Shown here piece by piece: positions 19,801 to 31,603 of a stretch of 64,000 bases of DNA. The notes beneath the pieces are model-generated. The model was not told the origin of the DNA. It saw only the letters and a program-made list of their open reading frames with translations, and ran no database searches. The stretch is from an uncultured Chthonomonadaceae bacterium. Lineage in GTDB: Bacteria; Armatimonadota; Chthonomonadetes; Chthonomonadales; Chthonomonadaceae. Position numbers and translations under genes: made by a program. The stretch spans positions 32,001 to 96,000 of the forward strand of contig CAWIEK010000042.1 in NCBI GenBank assembly GCA_963835065.1, read 5' to 3'. Position 1 is the first letter of the stretch. Every line of letters starts with the position of its first letter.

Positions 19801-22800
19801 ATTACCACCGTCTGGCCGCCTTCTTTGTAGGTAACGCTTCCGCCGACATAATAGGTTGTGGTACTGAACGGCGCGGCATCCCGCGTGGGCGTTATCGTCG
19901 ACATCGCTGTGCCGGTCGTGCCCGGATTGAGAATGCCCGTGCCGTCAATGGCATTGAAGCCCGTAATCACAGGCGCAGGCACTCCGAATAAGGTATCAGC
20001 AGGCTGCCCGCCTTGATCGAGCAGCTTCAATGAAACGTTGATGTTCTCAAGTTTTACGTTGGCGGGCGTATTTTCCAGTTCGAGCGTCGCTTGGAAGGCT
20101 GTGCGCGTCAAAGTGACGTCTTGGTTCAGACGGATTTTCACTTTGGCGATACTCCTCCTTCAGGATTTAATGCCTCGTTTTTTATCAGATCAATGGCAGA
20201 TGACAGGCCATCGTAGAGACTTGTAAACCCTTCTGCACTATCCTCCACTTCCGCCGTCGCTGCCGCAGTGAATTTGGGCTGCCAAATATCTGTGGCAATA
20301 AAGACCGTACTGATTCCAGCGGGAACTTCCGTTGTGATCGTGATGCTTGGTCGTTGTAACTACGGCAGGATTAACCGTTTGATAAGCTCCACGGCATCCC
20401 CATTGGTAATCGGTTGTGGCAGAGGCAGGCTCAACAGCGCGGCTCGTTCAGCGTCTGTAATCATCCCGTCCCTTCTCCCATGTCAACCCCTCGCAAAAAT
20501 GTGTCAAGACTATTTCCTCATGTACTGTTGTCCTAAGTAGCGCGCGAAGAGCGTAGATAGTTTACAGGAGAGGCTGCATGAAAGAATAATGTCAGAAGCT
20601 CAAGGAGGTTGGGATCAGATTGTATTTAGATGTGATCGCAGGCGGTCAAGACATCGTAGACGCATTTCAGGACTTCTAGATGTACCTGACACAAGCCCTA
20701 TCGCGCCGGGACATAACGTTTCAGCCTTTAGCAGTTCAACCTCGCACCGCATCATTTTCCAAGGCAGATGTCGGCAGTTTTTGTAGCAACTCACCAACTT
20801 TACCTTTTCACAATCTTCAGCGCACTGGCGCGTTTGATCGAAGAAGGCGGTACAGTTTGGAAAGCAGAAGTCAAACAGGCAATGAACCACTATCAAGAAA
20901 CGCTTCTGCACACAGGGATCGCATATGTCGAGACTATTCACAACTATGCTGGGGCTAATTGCAATTGCGACGGAAGCATCTCCATAAGGAAAGACCGATA
21001 CAGATGCGGCTATCTCCGGTTTTGATGGTGGTTTGTGTAACGAGGGTAATCGGTGTATTGCAGATGTAAAAGGTTGTCACTGTGCTAGGGATGGAGCAGT
21101 CTGCATCGTTGATTTTAGGCTCGTTGTTCTTCTTAATCGTGACGGGCACCACCGCGTTGTCAGCGCGTCGATGGTTCCAAGTCTTGAAGCGCGGGCGTTA
21201 CTGTGTAGGAAGCATTAGAGTCGAAGGTGAATTTGCTACTGTTGGCGGCGATCAGGCTGTGATTGGTAATCACGTAATTGACGATGGTTTTGCTGTCAGC
21301 GTCAAATTGGAGATTTTTCACATCCAGATAAGCGGGTGAAATCGTCACGACGGGAGCAGGAACATGCGTTTGGAACGTGGCTTACAGCGTGACTGCGTAC
21401 TTATCCTGAGTGTCCACCGGCACGACCGACCAACTATATGTAACCAACTGGCGGGGCAGGAAGGGCTTGACGGTGATCTCCTGGCCGGGCAGAATGGTTA
21501 GGGACAGTTTAGCCGCGCCGTGCGTGGCGGCGGTGGCTTCGAGGTTGTAGGAGCCTTCGGGGAGTTTGAGCAATTCCAGCGTACCTTTGTCATCCGTTGT
21601 GCTCTGCGCCACAACCGCGTTGGTTTGCGGGTTCTTGATAACGATGGATGCGCCCGCCACATTCGGCATATCGGCGGCGAAGAAACTGTACTCATGCTGC
21701 GCGATTACTTAAATCGCTTTGGCGTAGGACGTATTGACGATGTTGAAGGGCAGGAGCAGGCTGGTATTCGTGCCATTAAGCGCGATGTTGCCCGTGTACA
21801 GTACAGAGCCAGGGTGGGAGAAGGCGTCAGCAGGAGAGAAATGGTTGTAGTGGCTCCGGGCGCGAGGTTGCCGATGGTTGCTGGGGAAGACAGAGAAAGC
21901 CAATCCGCTTTGGGGATGCTCACACTAAGCCCCGTCGCGTACACGCTGCCCGTGTTGTGATCTGCACTTCAGCGTGTTTTGCTTGCCCCGCGTCATGCCG
22001 CCATAAAGGAGCCGGGATTCGCCGTCAGTTGCGGGCGGCGCGGATCACGGTGACATTCAGCGTGATGCGGGCGTCCTCGCCTTCGTTGGTGGTGAAGTGG
22101 ATTACGGGCGCGGATTGCAGAACGCTTTCGTCGCTTGCGGTAATCGTGTACGAGGCCATTTGAACTGCTAGAGAATTGACCGAGTGGGGCAGGCTGACCT
22201 GAATGCTGAGATTGGCCTGCGGGTTTTCAATAGAAACCTTGATTCCCGTAAGCGGGCCGCCGCTCAGGTTGCCCAATTGCAACTGGCCCTGCACGGCAAC
22301 GGTGGGGTTCAGCATGAGCGGGATCTGGTCGGGAGTGGCAACCAGGTTGCTGACCTTGAGGAACTCAATCGGCATGGCGAGCGCGTTGTCGTCCTCACTC
22401 GTTTCCTGAATTTTGTTGTCCGCGTCCGCTTTCACGATCAGGTAGTAGTTGCCCGCCGGCTTGAGCGGCATTTGTATCTGCCGGGATTGGTCGTAGCTGT
22501 TGAATGCTTCAGTTCCGAGGCGCGGTCAAATTTGCCCAGCAATTGCGCGCTTGCGTCCAATGTCGGCGTGTCGGAAAGATAGACGGAATCCACCAGGTTC
22601 CGGTCGCGTCGCCGGCCCGCTGTTGAGCGTCTGCCACGACACGGCAATGGTATCAGCGCGCGCACCGGGGACGTAAACTTCAGGCTGGTAATGGACAGAT
22701 TGGGATACTGGATGTCAGCGTGGTAAACATCTGGTCGGGCGAAGCCGCGTCATGGCAGCCGTCCGTTGATTTCACGCGATAGTGGTACGTGGTTTTGGGC

Positions 22801-23729
22801 GTAAGTCCGGTGAGAACCACGCCGTGCGCTGTGACCTGATTGGCGTCCAGATTGGACGATTGGCCGTAAGCGGTTGTGGTTCCATATTCCACCTGCGACG
22901 TTGCGGGGCGGTCGGTAGTCCAGTTAATTGTGGCTTTAACATCGCGGGGCGTGGCGTCTACGCCGCTGATGGTTGGCGGCGTCAGCAGCACGGTAAACGC
23001 GCGCTGCGCCGGGGTCGGGTCCACATTGCCCGAAGCGTGAATGGCGGATACCTGGAACGTATGTGCGCCTTCCGTCAGGTTGGAAAGGGTTGATTGCGTG
23101 TTGAACGTGGGCTGCCAGTCGCCGCCATCCACGCGGTACTGGTACGTCAATGATCGGTTGGCGTGACATCATCTGAAAACGTGAAGGTGAAGGTAGCGGT
23201 GTTGACGCAGACCTGCCCGCTCTCATCCGGCCCGCCCGTAATGGTGGTTTCCGGCGGAGCCGTATCTTTGGCGACAACCTGTACCGCGAAATCCTGCTGC
23301 GCCTGATTGTCCTGCGCGTCGGCATCCCCGCCGCCATAAATCGCCGCCGTGCCGTGATAGGTCCCGGTGGGAATATCGCCGTCAATGTCCAGTTCAAACA
23401 GGCGCTTGTTGGTGATGGACTGTCCGCACCCAATGGCCAGGTGAAGTTGATGAAGAACGGCAGGCCGTCGCCCGCAATCAGGTCGGTATCCACCAGCGTC
23501 ACGTTGACCGCGTTGAGATAAATGACGTGATCGCTGTTGTTGTAACGGTGGCATTGACGCCGACAACGCTGGCCTGTGCGCCCGAAATGGGCGACGTTGT
23601 AATCGTCAGCGTCACGTCGTCGAAACGCGGCGCAGGCTGCTTCAGCCCGGCCAGCACGGACGACGCGCCCCACAGCGCGATGCAGGCGCACAGCAGTATC
23701 CACCAAAAGCGCAGGATCGTACTTTTCAT
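16815..23729 (-). pseudogene. giant secreted multidomain protein (about 2300 aa; FN3-like, CARDB, carboxypeptidase-regulatory-like, Cys-rich core, OB-like, IPT/TIG) with many frameshifts
   Basis: Signal peptide MKSTILRFWW...; about 15 consecutive same-strand fragments (DTAPPETTITGGPD, WTTDRPATSQVEYG, ADADNKIQETSEDDN, KIRLNQDVTLTRTAF, DDDGKPDFLVND, GSPAFTLTVSGTGF). Confidence 0.7.
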
Positions 23730-23759
23730 TGCGAACTCCACAAAAACAACAAATAAGAG

Positions 23760-26489
23760 CTACGGCACAGTGATTTGTTTGGAAGCGGACAGCGATTTAC
23801 CGCTTGCCGTGACCGTGATGGTGAACACGCGGCTGCCGGCAGCAAGCGTGTTGGGAAACGTGACTTTCAGGGTTCCGGTTGTCGCGCCGGCGGCCAGATC
23901 GCCGATGGAAAGGGGCAGCGTAGTTGTCGTGCCGGTCGTGTCCAGTTTGGCGATGGTGATTTTGCCGGCGGCTGCGATTGCCGTGCCGACGTTTTTCAGC
24001 GTAAACGTCACCGTGACACCCCCGCTGCGCGTGGCCGTTGCCGCGCTGATGGACAGTTGCGGGATGCCGGTAATCGTGAACGGCAGGGCGTTGGATGTGC
24101 CGCCGCCAGGTGACGGGTTGGCAACCGTGAAAACATGAAGATGCCGAATAGTCCGAACACCGAAGTGATTGAATGCGTCGGGGACAGATAACTCGTCGGG
24201 CGCGGGCTGCCGTTCATTGCGCCTGCGACGCGAGGAAATTGGTTCCGGTAGCGTCAGAACAAAGCTGGAACCGCCTGCTGTCGCGGAATTGGGGCTGAGG
24301 GCAGACAGGGTAGGCGCGGGGTTCTGGATTTGGAAGGTTAGGGCGTTGGACACGCCGCCGCCCGGCGCGGGCGTGGATACCGTGACATTGACAAGTCCGG
24401 GCGCGGCCACATCCGTCGCGCTGATGATGGCAGTCAGCGTGGTGCGGAAACATACGTTGTAGTTCGGTTCGCGCCGTTCCACTGAATCACGGATTCCGGC
24501 TCAAATCCCGTACCTGTCACGGTAGCGTAAATTGCCCGCTTCCGTAGCGTGGAATTGGGACTGAGCGCGGTAGGGCAGGCGCGGGATTGTTGACCGTAAA
24601 GTTTAGGCTGTTGAATAAGCCACCGCCCGGCAGCGGGTTGTAAACCGAAATGGGGAACATACCCGCAAGGGTAAGGTCGGACGCGGGGATAGTGGCGGTA
24701 ATCTGCGTAGTGGATACAAATGTTGTGGCGCGCTCCTGCCCGTTCCACAGCACAACCGAACCGGGTACGAAATCCGCGACATTCACCATCAGCTTGAACG
24801 CGGCGCTGTTGCGCATGGCATTGGCGGGCGTAATGTGGGTCAGGGTCGGGCCGGGATTGGCGTCGCCCACAAGCAGCGAGACGGCAAAGCCGGACGTATT
24901 GCCAAGCGGGGCGGTAGCGGTTGCGGATAAAAAGTGCCCCGAACTCACGGGCGGAAGCTGCACGTTGAAGTTGGCCGTGCCGCCGCGTCCGTCGTCACGC
25001 TGAGAGCGCCGAGATAGGTTTCCCCTTCGCCGAACCCGGAAGGGTCTGCGTCCTGATTGTCGAAGAACTCCAGGCGGTACGTGGTGTTGGGTGCGGCCAC
25101 AAGCGAGCCGATAACGAACGTGGTTGTTGCGGACGCAATCACCGATGACAGAACGGGCGCGGGCTGCAAATCGTTGCCGCCCGTCACGCCATCCGTATCC
25201 AGAAAAATGCCCAGGTCGCCATTGTTGAAAATGCTGTTGCCGAGTATGGCGATCTGATCGGCATACGCGCCATCATCACCCAATCCGACAAACACGCCTT
25301 CCAGCGCGTTCGAAGTTAATGGTGTTGCCTACAACGCTGTTGTCTGAGGCATACGCTGACACGCCGAACTGCCCGTTGCCGTGCAGAATGTTTTCCTGAA
25401 TGGTGTTGCCGCTCGAACCCAGGCCGTACACGGTCACGCCATCCGCGACGTTGCCGCTGATATTATTTCCAAGCGCCGCCGTCTTGCCGCCGATGGTATT
25501 GTTCGCGCTCCCGCCGCGAATTTCCACGCCGTAAGCGTTGGCAAGGATGGTATTGCCCTGCGCCACATTCCCCGTTGTCGTAACGCCTTCCAGCACAAGG
25601 CCGGACGCGACGTTTGCGCCGATGCTGTTGTTTTGAAAGCTGTTGTTTGCGCCGTCCGCGACATAAATGCCTTCCGCGCCGTTGCCAAGCGGCAAAAACA
25701 GTACATTGACGCCGATGTTGTTGCTGACAAACGTATTGCCGGACGTTCCCCGGAAAGAATCACGCCCTGCGCGCCGCTTGCGCAGATGTAATTGGTATCG
25801 AAAACGCTGCCGCTACCGCCATCCACAATTGCGCCAATCAGATTACCGACACCCACCATGCCCGACACGTCGGTTCCGATGAAGTTGTTTTGGACAAGGC
25901 TGGAAGCGTTGTTCAGCAGCAGCCCGATGCCGTTCCCGGAAATGACGTTGAGTGTGACGCGGTTGCCGTTGGACTGCTCCATCCAGATGCCATAAGTGCT
26001 GCCGAGCGCGACCGTGCCGCCGATGTCGGTTCCGATGTAGCAGTTGGAAACGGTAGTGTTCGCCGTTTGCGGCAACAGATGAATGCCCGCGCTGCCAAAA
26101 CGGTTGATAACCAGATCATGCAGGAAACATTGCGAGGCACCGACCTGCAATCCGTCGCCGTCCGATACCGCCAGCAGGCTGCCGTCCAGTTCAATGGAAG
26201 GCGCGTCATTCGGCTGTTTGCCGTTGATTTCCACTCTGTCGGTAAGAGTCGGCAGGGGCGTCAGGGGCTGAATCGTCTGCGAAACGCCCACGTCCATGTT
26301 GAAGATGATTATATCTGGGCCGGGATGCGCGTTGGCGTCCAGAATGGCCTGGCGCAGCGTGCCCAGTCCGTCATCGTCCGCGTTCGTAACCGTGTACGTA
26401 TCGGCGCGCGCCACACTTCCCAGCCCCGCCAGCAACAACAGCAGGGCCACAAACCAAAGCAGGCGCGTATGTGCAAAGCGGCGTATCAT
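23760..26489 (-). pseudogene. secreted right-handed beta-helix plus IPT/TIG repeat protein with several frameshifts
   Basis: Signal peptide, VTNADDDGLGTLRQAILDANA, N.IGTD..G repeats, GNSIFNNGDLGI.L, GFGEGETYLG, GNTSGF and several NPAPTL..LSP IPT units. Confidence 0.75.
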
Positions 26490-26550
26490 GCAAAATTCCT
26501 CGCAACAAATGGTTCCAATGAGTGCCTATCTATCCTCAACCCTCAACCCC

Positions 26551-29500
26551 TTACGGGCTGATCACCAAAGCCTGCGATTTGGCGATGTTGTTGCCTTTCG
26601 CCGTAATCGTGGCTGTTGTGGTCGAGCTGACCGCAGAAGTGGCGATGCTGAACGTGCCCGTTGTTTCGCCTACCGAATACCGAACACCGAGTCAGGCACG
26701 GCCTGCGTTTTGCTGCTCGTGATGGTGACGACGACGGGAACGCCCGATGCCGCTTCCAGCGTGACGATGCCGATGGACGTGTCGCCGCCGGACACACTCG
26801 ACGGGATCAGTATCAGTGAGCCGACGCCGGGCATTCGGACATTCAGCGTCGCCATTTTCGTCACGCCGAGCGTGGCCGAAATGATCGCGCTTTTGGGCGA
26901 CGCGACAACCTGCGTGGAAATGGCAAACGACGCGCTGGTTTTGCCGGCGGGAACCATGACGGAAGCGGGAACGCCAATCGTCGCATCCCCCGAAGCCAGC
27001 GCAACCGTCACGCCGCCTGTGGGAGCCGCCTTGCTTAGAACCACGACGCCCGCCGACGAGTTGCCGCCGATAACGGACGCGGGCGCAACCGAAAGGGCAA
27101 GGAGCGTGATACCGCTCGGATTGACGAACAGCGTGGAACTCAGTTTTTCCGGCCCGTAGACCGCGCTGATGGTGGCGGTTCCGGCTGTGGCGATGGTTCC
27201 CACACTAACGCTGAAAGTGCGCGTCGTGGTTCCGCCCGCAAAGGCGATTTGCGCGGGTACGCTCACATTGGGATTGCTGCTCGTCAATATGACGCCGAAG
27301 CCACCCGCCGGAGCCGGGGTGTTGAGCGTCAGTGTGCCGGTCACGGTGGAATTGCCATTCGCGCTGGACGGGTTGAAAACCAGCGTTCCCAGGAACGGCT
27401 TTACGGTCAGCGTTTGCGTACTGACCTGATCCCACAATTGCGCCTGCAAGGTTGTGGTTTGCGTTTGCGTGACCAGATTGGCCGTAAGCGGCACAACCGC
27501 CGACGTTTGGCCTTCGGGAATGGTCACAGTCGGGGGCACGGCAACAGCCAGCGGATTGGAACTGGACAACTGCACGTCAATGCCGCCCGCAGGAGCCGCG
27601 CCGGAAAGATCGACGCTGAGATACGTGATCTGCCCGCTGCCTACTGTGGTAGACGAAAGCGATAGGGCAACGGTAAGATTGCCCGACGTCACCTGCTGCG
27701 TGATCGTGCCGTCCTGGGCGACGCCATAGTCGCTGTTGGCCCCGGCGGCGCTGAGAGTTCCAGTGAAGTTGTTGAGGACATAATATTCGGCAATGCGTCC
27801 GCCGCCACCCCCGCCGCCGTTGCCATTCACGTAACCACCGTTTGCGGTGATAGCGCCGCCACCGGTCAGCATGCCTGCTCGCAGCAGCAGACTGCCTCCC
27901 GAACCGCCGCCGCCGTAACTGCCGCCGTCACCATTAGCCGACAGCGTTCCATCTACCTGCAGTGTGCCGTTTACCGTCAGGTAGAGCGCGCCGCCACCTT
28001 TATAGCCAACGCGACTGCCGTTGTAACCAAAACCGCCGCCGCTGCCGAAGTCGGTAGGCAGGGTACTCGAGCCATAGGTGCTGCCACTGGCCGCGCCATT
28101 GGTGTTGTGCCCTTTGCCTCCATAGCTGCCGCCCGCGCCGCCGTAGTTGCCCGTATTATCATTGCCGCCCGCGCCCGGTCCCTTCGCCGAGTGATATCCA
28201 CGCGCGTTTACGGACACGTAACCCCCTGCCAGAATGGTAAAGTTGCCCAAAGTCGTGATGCGCAGGGTGGTCATTGGTGGCGAGGAAAGAATGCCCTGGT
28301 TCCAGACAACGACGTTATCGAACGTCAGCGCCGCTGTTATGTCCGTTGGCAGACCGGCATAGCCGTTGTTTTGAATCCACAGGTCACCCTGGGTCTGGTT
28401 AGTCTGCTGTCGGAAGATGGTTCCCGCGCCCGCCGTGCCGTAGTCGCTGCCGGCTCCCGCCGCGCTCAAGGTTGCTGTGGCAGTGAAGGTGTCGGTATTG
28501 TAAAAAATGGCGATGCGCCCGCCGCTCCCACCTCCGCCGTTGCCATTGACAAAGCCGCCATTGGCGAGAATCGCGCCACCTCCGGACAGTGTGCCCACAT
28601 TCAAAACTATGGTGCCGCCGCTGCCGCCGCCCCCATACGAGCCGCCGTCGCCATTGGCCGAAATCGTGCCGTCTATGTTCAGGGTGCCGTTGACTACCAG
28701 GTTCAGCGCCCCCCCGCCGCTGTAACCGCTATGGCTGCCTGCGTACCCGTTGCCGCCGCCGCTGCCGAAATCAGTAGGCGCTTTGATGCTGCCGTACACG
28801 CTGCCGCCGCTCGCGCCATTGGTGTTGCGCGCTTCGCCACCGTATGCGCCGCCCGCGCCGCCGTAGCTGCCCGTGTTATCACTTGTTCCATGCCCCGGAC
28901 CTTGATTTGGCCCAAAACCGCGCCCGTTCGCTGAGATGAATCCCCCGGATTCTACGGTACAAACGTTCAGCACGGTCAATTGCAGCGTTTGCTGGTACAG
29001 GGGCGTGAGTTGCCCCGCTTTGCGAACGCGCACATTGTCAAACGTTTGCGCGCCGACGATGGGCGTACCCAATCCGAGAGAGTTGTTGTTATCTACCAGC
29101 AGGTCGCCCTGTGTCTGCCCCGGCCCCTGCTGAAAAACGGTTCCCGCGCCCGCCGTGCCATAATCGCTGCCGGCTCCCGATGCGTTGAGCGCGCCTGTGT
29201 ACGTGTTGACAGCGTAAACGACAGCAATGCGCCCGCCGCCACCCCCGCCGCCGTTGCCGTTGACATAGCCGCCTGTGGCAAGAATCGCGCCGGCCCCGGA
29301 CAGCGTACCCACATTCAAATTGACCGTACCGCCGCTGCCGCCTCCCCCATACGAGCCGCCATCGCCATTGGCGGAAAGGATGCCGTTCACTTGCAGGCTG
29401 CCGCCGACTGCCAGCGTGATTGCGCCCCCGCCGCTGTAACCGCTATGGCTGCCTGCGTATCCGTAGCCGCCGCCGCTGCCCAAGTCGGTAGGCGCTTTGA

Positions 29501-29987
29501 TGCTGCCATACACGATACCCCCGCTTGCGCCGCTCGTGCTGCGCGCCTCACCGCCATACGCGCCGCCGCCACCACCGTAACTGCCCGTACTGTCCGCGCT
29601 GCCGTGTCCGGGCCCTTGTCCCGCGCCATAGCCCCGCGCGTTTGCGGAAATAGAGCTGCCGACATTCACCGTGACATTGCCCGCAATGGTCAGGTTCATG
29701 CCGCCGACAAGCCCCTGCGCGTGGGTGACGATGCCGTTGGACTCAATGGTCAGGCTTTGAAAGCTGTGCGCGCCGTTGATGGTCACGGTGCAGCCATGCA
29801 CGATCACATCGTAGCCTTCGTAGGTCAGCGTGTTGGTGTCAATGGTCGTGTTCGTCGTGAACGTGACCGTCGCCGCGCGGACGATTTGCGCGCCGCCCAT
29901 CAGCAGCAGGCTGCACAACAATGTGAACCATAGCTGCGGCAGCCGCAAAGCGCGCAAACGGGCAGTTTTGCCATGCCAGTAGTTCAT
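26551..29987 (-). CDS. secreted glycine-rich repeat protein with C-terminal Ig-like repeats (frameshift near 26680)
   Basis: Signal peptide; three roughly 240-aa Gly-rich repeats (720-nt period); four L..P.SV.GG..G.V.L..AP..G units; probable true end SQALVISP in another frame. Confidence 0.8.
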
Positions 29988-30383
29988 GGGGTCTCCTTGT
30001 TACGGATGAACTTGTAACGGATAAAGCGGAACGAAAAAACGAAACAAAAGCAAGATGGACAATGCGCAGGCGTCCGCGTCGCGGACGGAAGGCGGCCAAT
30101 CAACAAAGCGTCGGGGCTATGTCGGATGTAAAAGCGGGTACGGAATTTATGCTATGCAGGAGGGAACATCAAGGCGCAACAGCGCATAAAACAGGGAAAT
30201 ATCGCCTGTTCAATGCAAGCCGTTGTACTTTCGACTGCATAAAATACGGATGATGCTTCCATCATAACATACTTGCCGCCTAAAAAGTTCATGGATTCTG
30301 GGAATTTTACCGATACGAAATATAATTTTTTCAGGTTTGCTGCAGTTGATGTCCTTGCGGTTCCAGAAACCGCTCCTTTCAGA

Positions 30384-30404
30384 AACGTTCCTTGTTGGAA
30401 CGTT
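30384..30404. promoter_or_regulatory. palindromic candidate operator AACGTTCC-N5-GGAACGTT
   Basis: Perfect 8-bp inverted repeat in the 600-bp divergent intergenic region. Confidence 0.3.
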
Positions 30405-30596
30405 CTGCAGTATTGCGGCAAAACGGGAAAACAATGCGGCAGGAAAACAGCGGGCCTATCCCGAATTTTTAGGACACAACACAACTTCAGTATCCGGCGC
30501 GGGCACGGCAGCCGACTTCGCAGACCGTTGGCTGTTGCCTGCCACAGCGCGGATACTTGCCCGTCCGTCGGGCGTCGAAGCAGGAAAGGCAGCGCA

Positions 30597-31477
30597 TGGC
30601 GCAGCGAATTGTACAGGTGGATGCGTTTACGAATCGGCCGTTTCGGGGCAATCCCGCCGCCGTGTGCGTTTTGGAAGAAGAGCGCAGCGAGGCGTGGATG
30701 CAGGCGGTGGCGCTGGAAATGAATCTGGCGGAAACTGCGTTTTTGGTTCCCATGCGGGATACATTGGATGGAGAACCGGAGCAGGCAGCGCATGAGCCGA
30801 GCGCAGATTACGGCTTGCGCTGGTTTACGCCCCTGGTGGAAGTGGATTTGTGCGGCCATGCCACGCTGGCAAGCGCCCATGCGCTTTGGGAGGAAGGCCA
30901 CGCGCCCCTCAACGCCCTGCTCCGCTTTCATACTCGCAGCGGCGTTTTGACCGCCACGCGCCGAAACACAGGGGAGGAAGCCATCATTGAACTGGATTTT
31001 CCTGCCGAACCCGCGCTGCCCGCGCTGGCTCCTGCCGGCCTGATGGAAGCCTTGAAGGTGGTTCCCGTGTGGACAGGCCAAAACCGTATGGATATTCTGG
31101 TGGAAGTGTCCAATGAAACGGAACTGCGCGCGCTACGTCCCGACATGGGCCTGCTGCGCCAGATTCCATGTCGCGGCATCATTGTCACCGCCCGCGCCGA
31201 CCCTGATGGCGACAATATGGCGACAAGCGGGTATGATTTCATATCGCGCTTTTTTGCCCCGGCGGTGGGCGTGGACGAAGACCCCGTTACCGGCTCCGCG
31301 CACTGCTGCCTGGGGCCGTATTGGGCCAGCCGCCTGAACAAAAACGCTTTGATTGGCTATCAGGCATCCCGGCGGAGTGGCGTTGTGCGCGTCCGCGTGG
31401 AGAGTGAGCGCGTCAAATTGGGCGGGCAGGCCGTCACAACGCTGCGCGGGGAGTTGTCGGCAGACGCCTCCGTCTGA
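30597..31477 (+). CDS. PhzF family isomerase/epimerase
   Basis: QVDAFT..PFRGNPAAV, EMNLAETAF, LRWFTP..EVDLCGHATLA and EDPVTGSAH. Confidence 0.92.
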
Positions 31478-31603
31478 ACGCGGCCAATTGGCCTCACCGC
31501 CACGCAAGGTTTGCGCGTTTTGCTGCGCTTTTCCACAGAGCCTCCCCCTGTCGTTCAGGATGCGCGAAAAAGGGGAGCCATGTTTCTGTTTCAGGAGGTT
31601 GCT

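Noticed and set aside
30152..31081. Long antisense and alternative-frame ORFs (also 37789..38904, 45445..46449, 48926..50527, 50588..51964)
   Set aside because: Shadow ORFs of GC-rich genes with no motifs; the opposite strand holds clear family members
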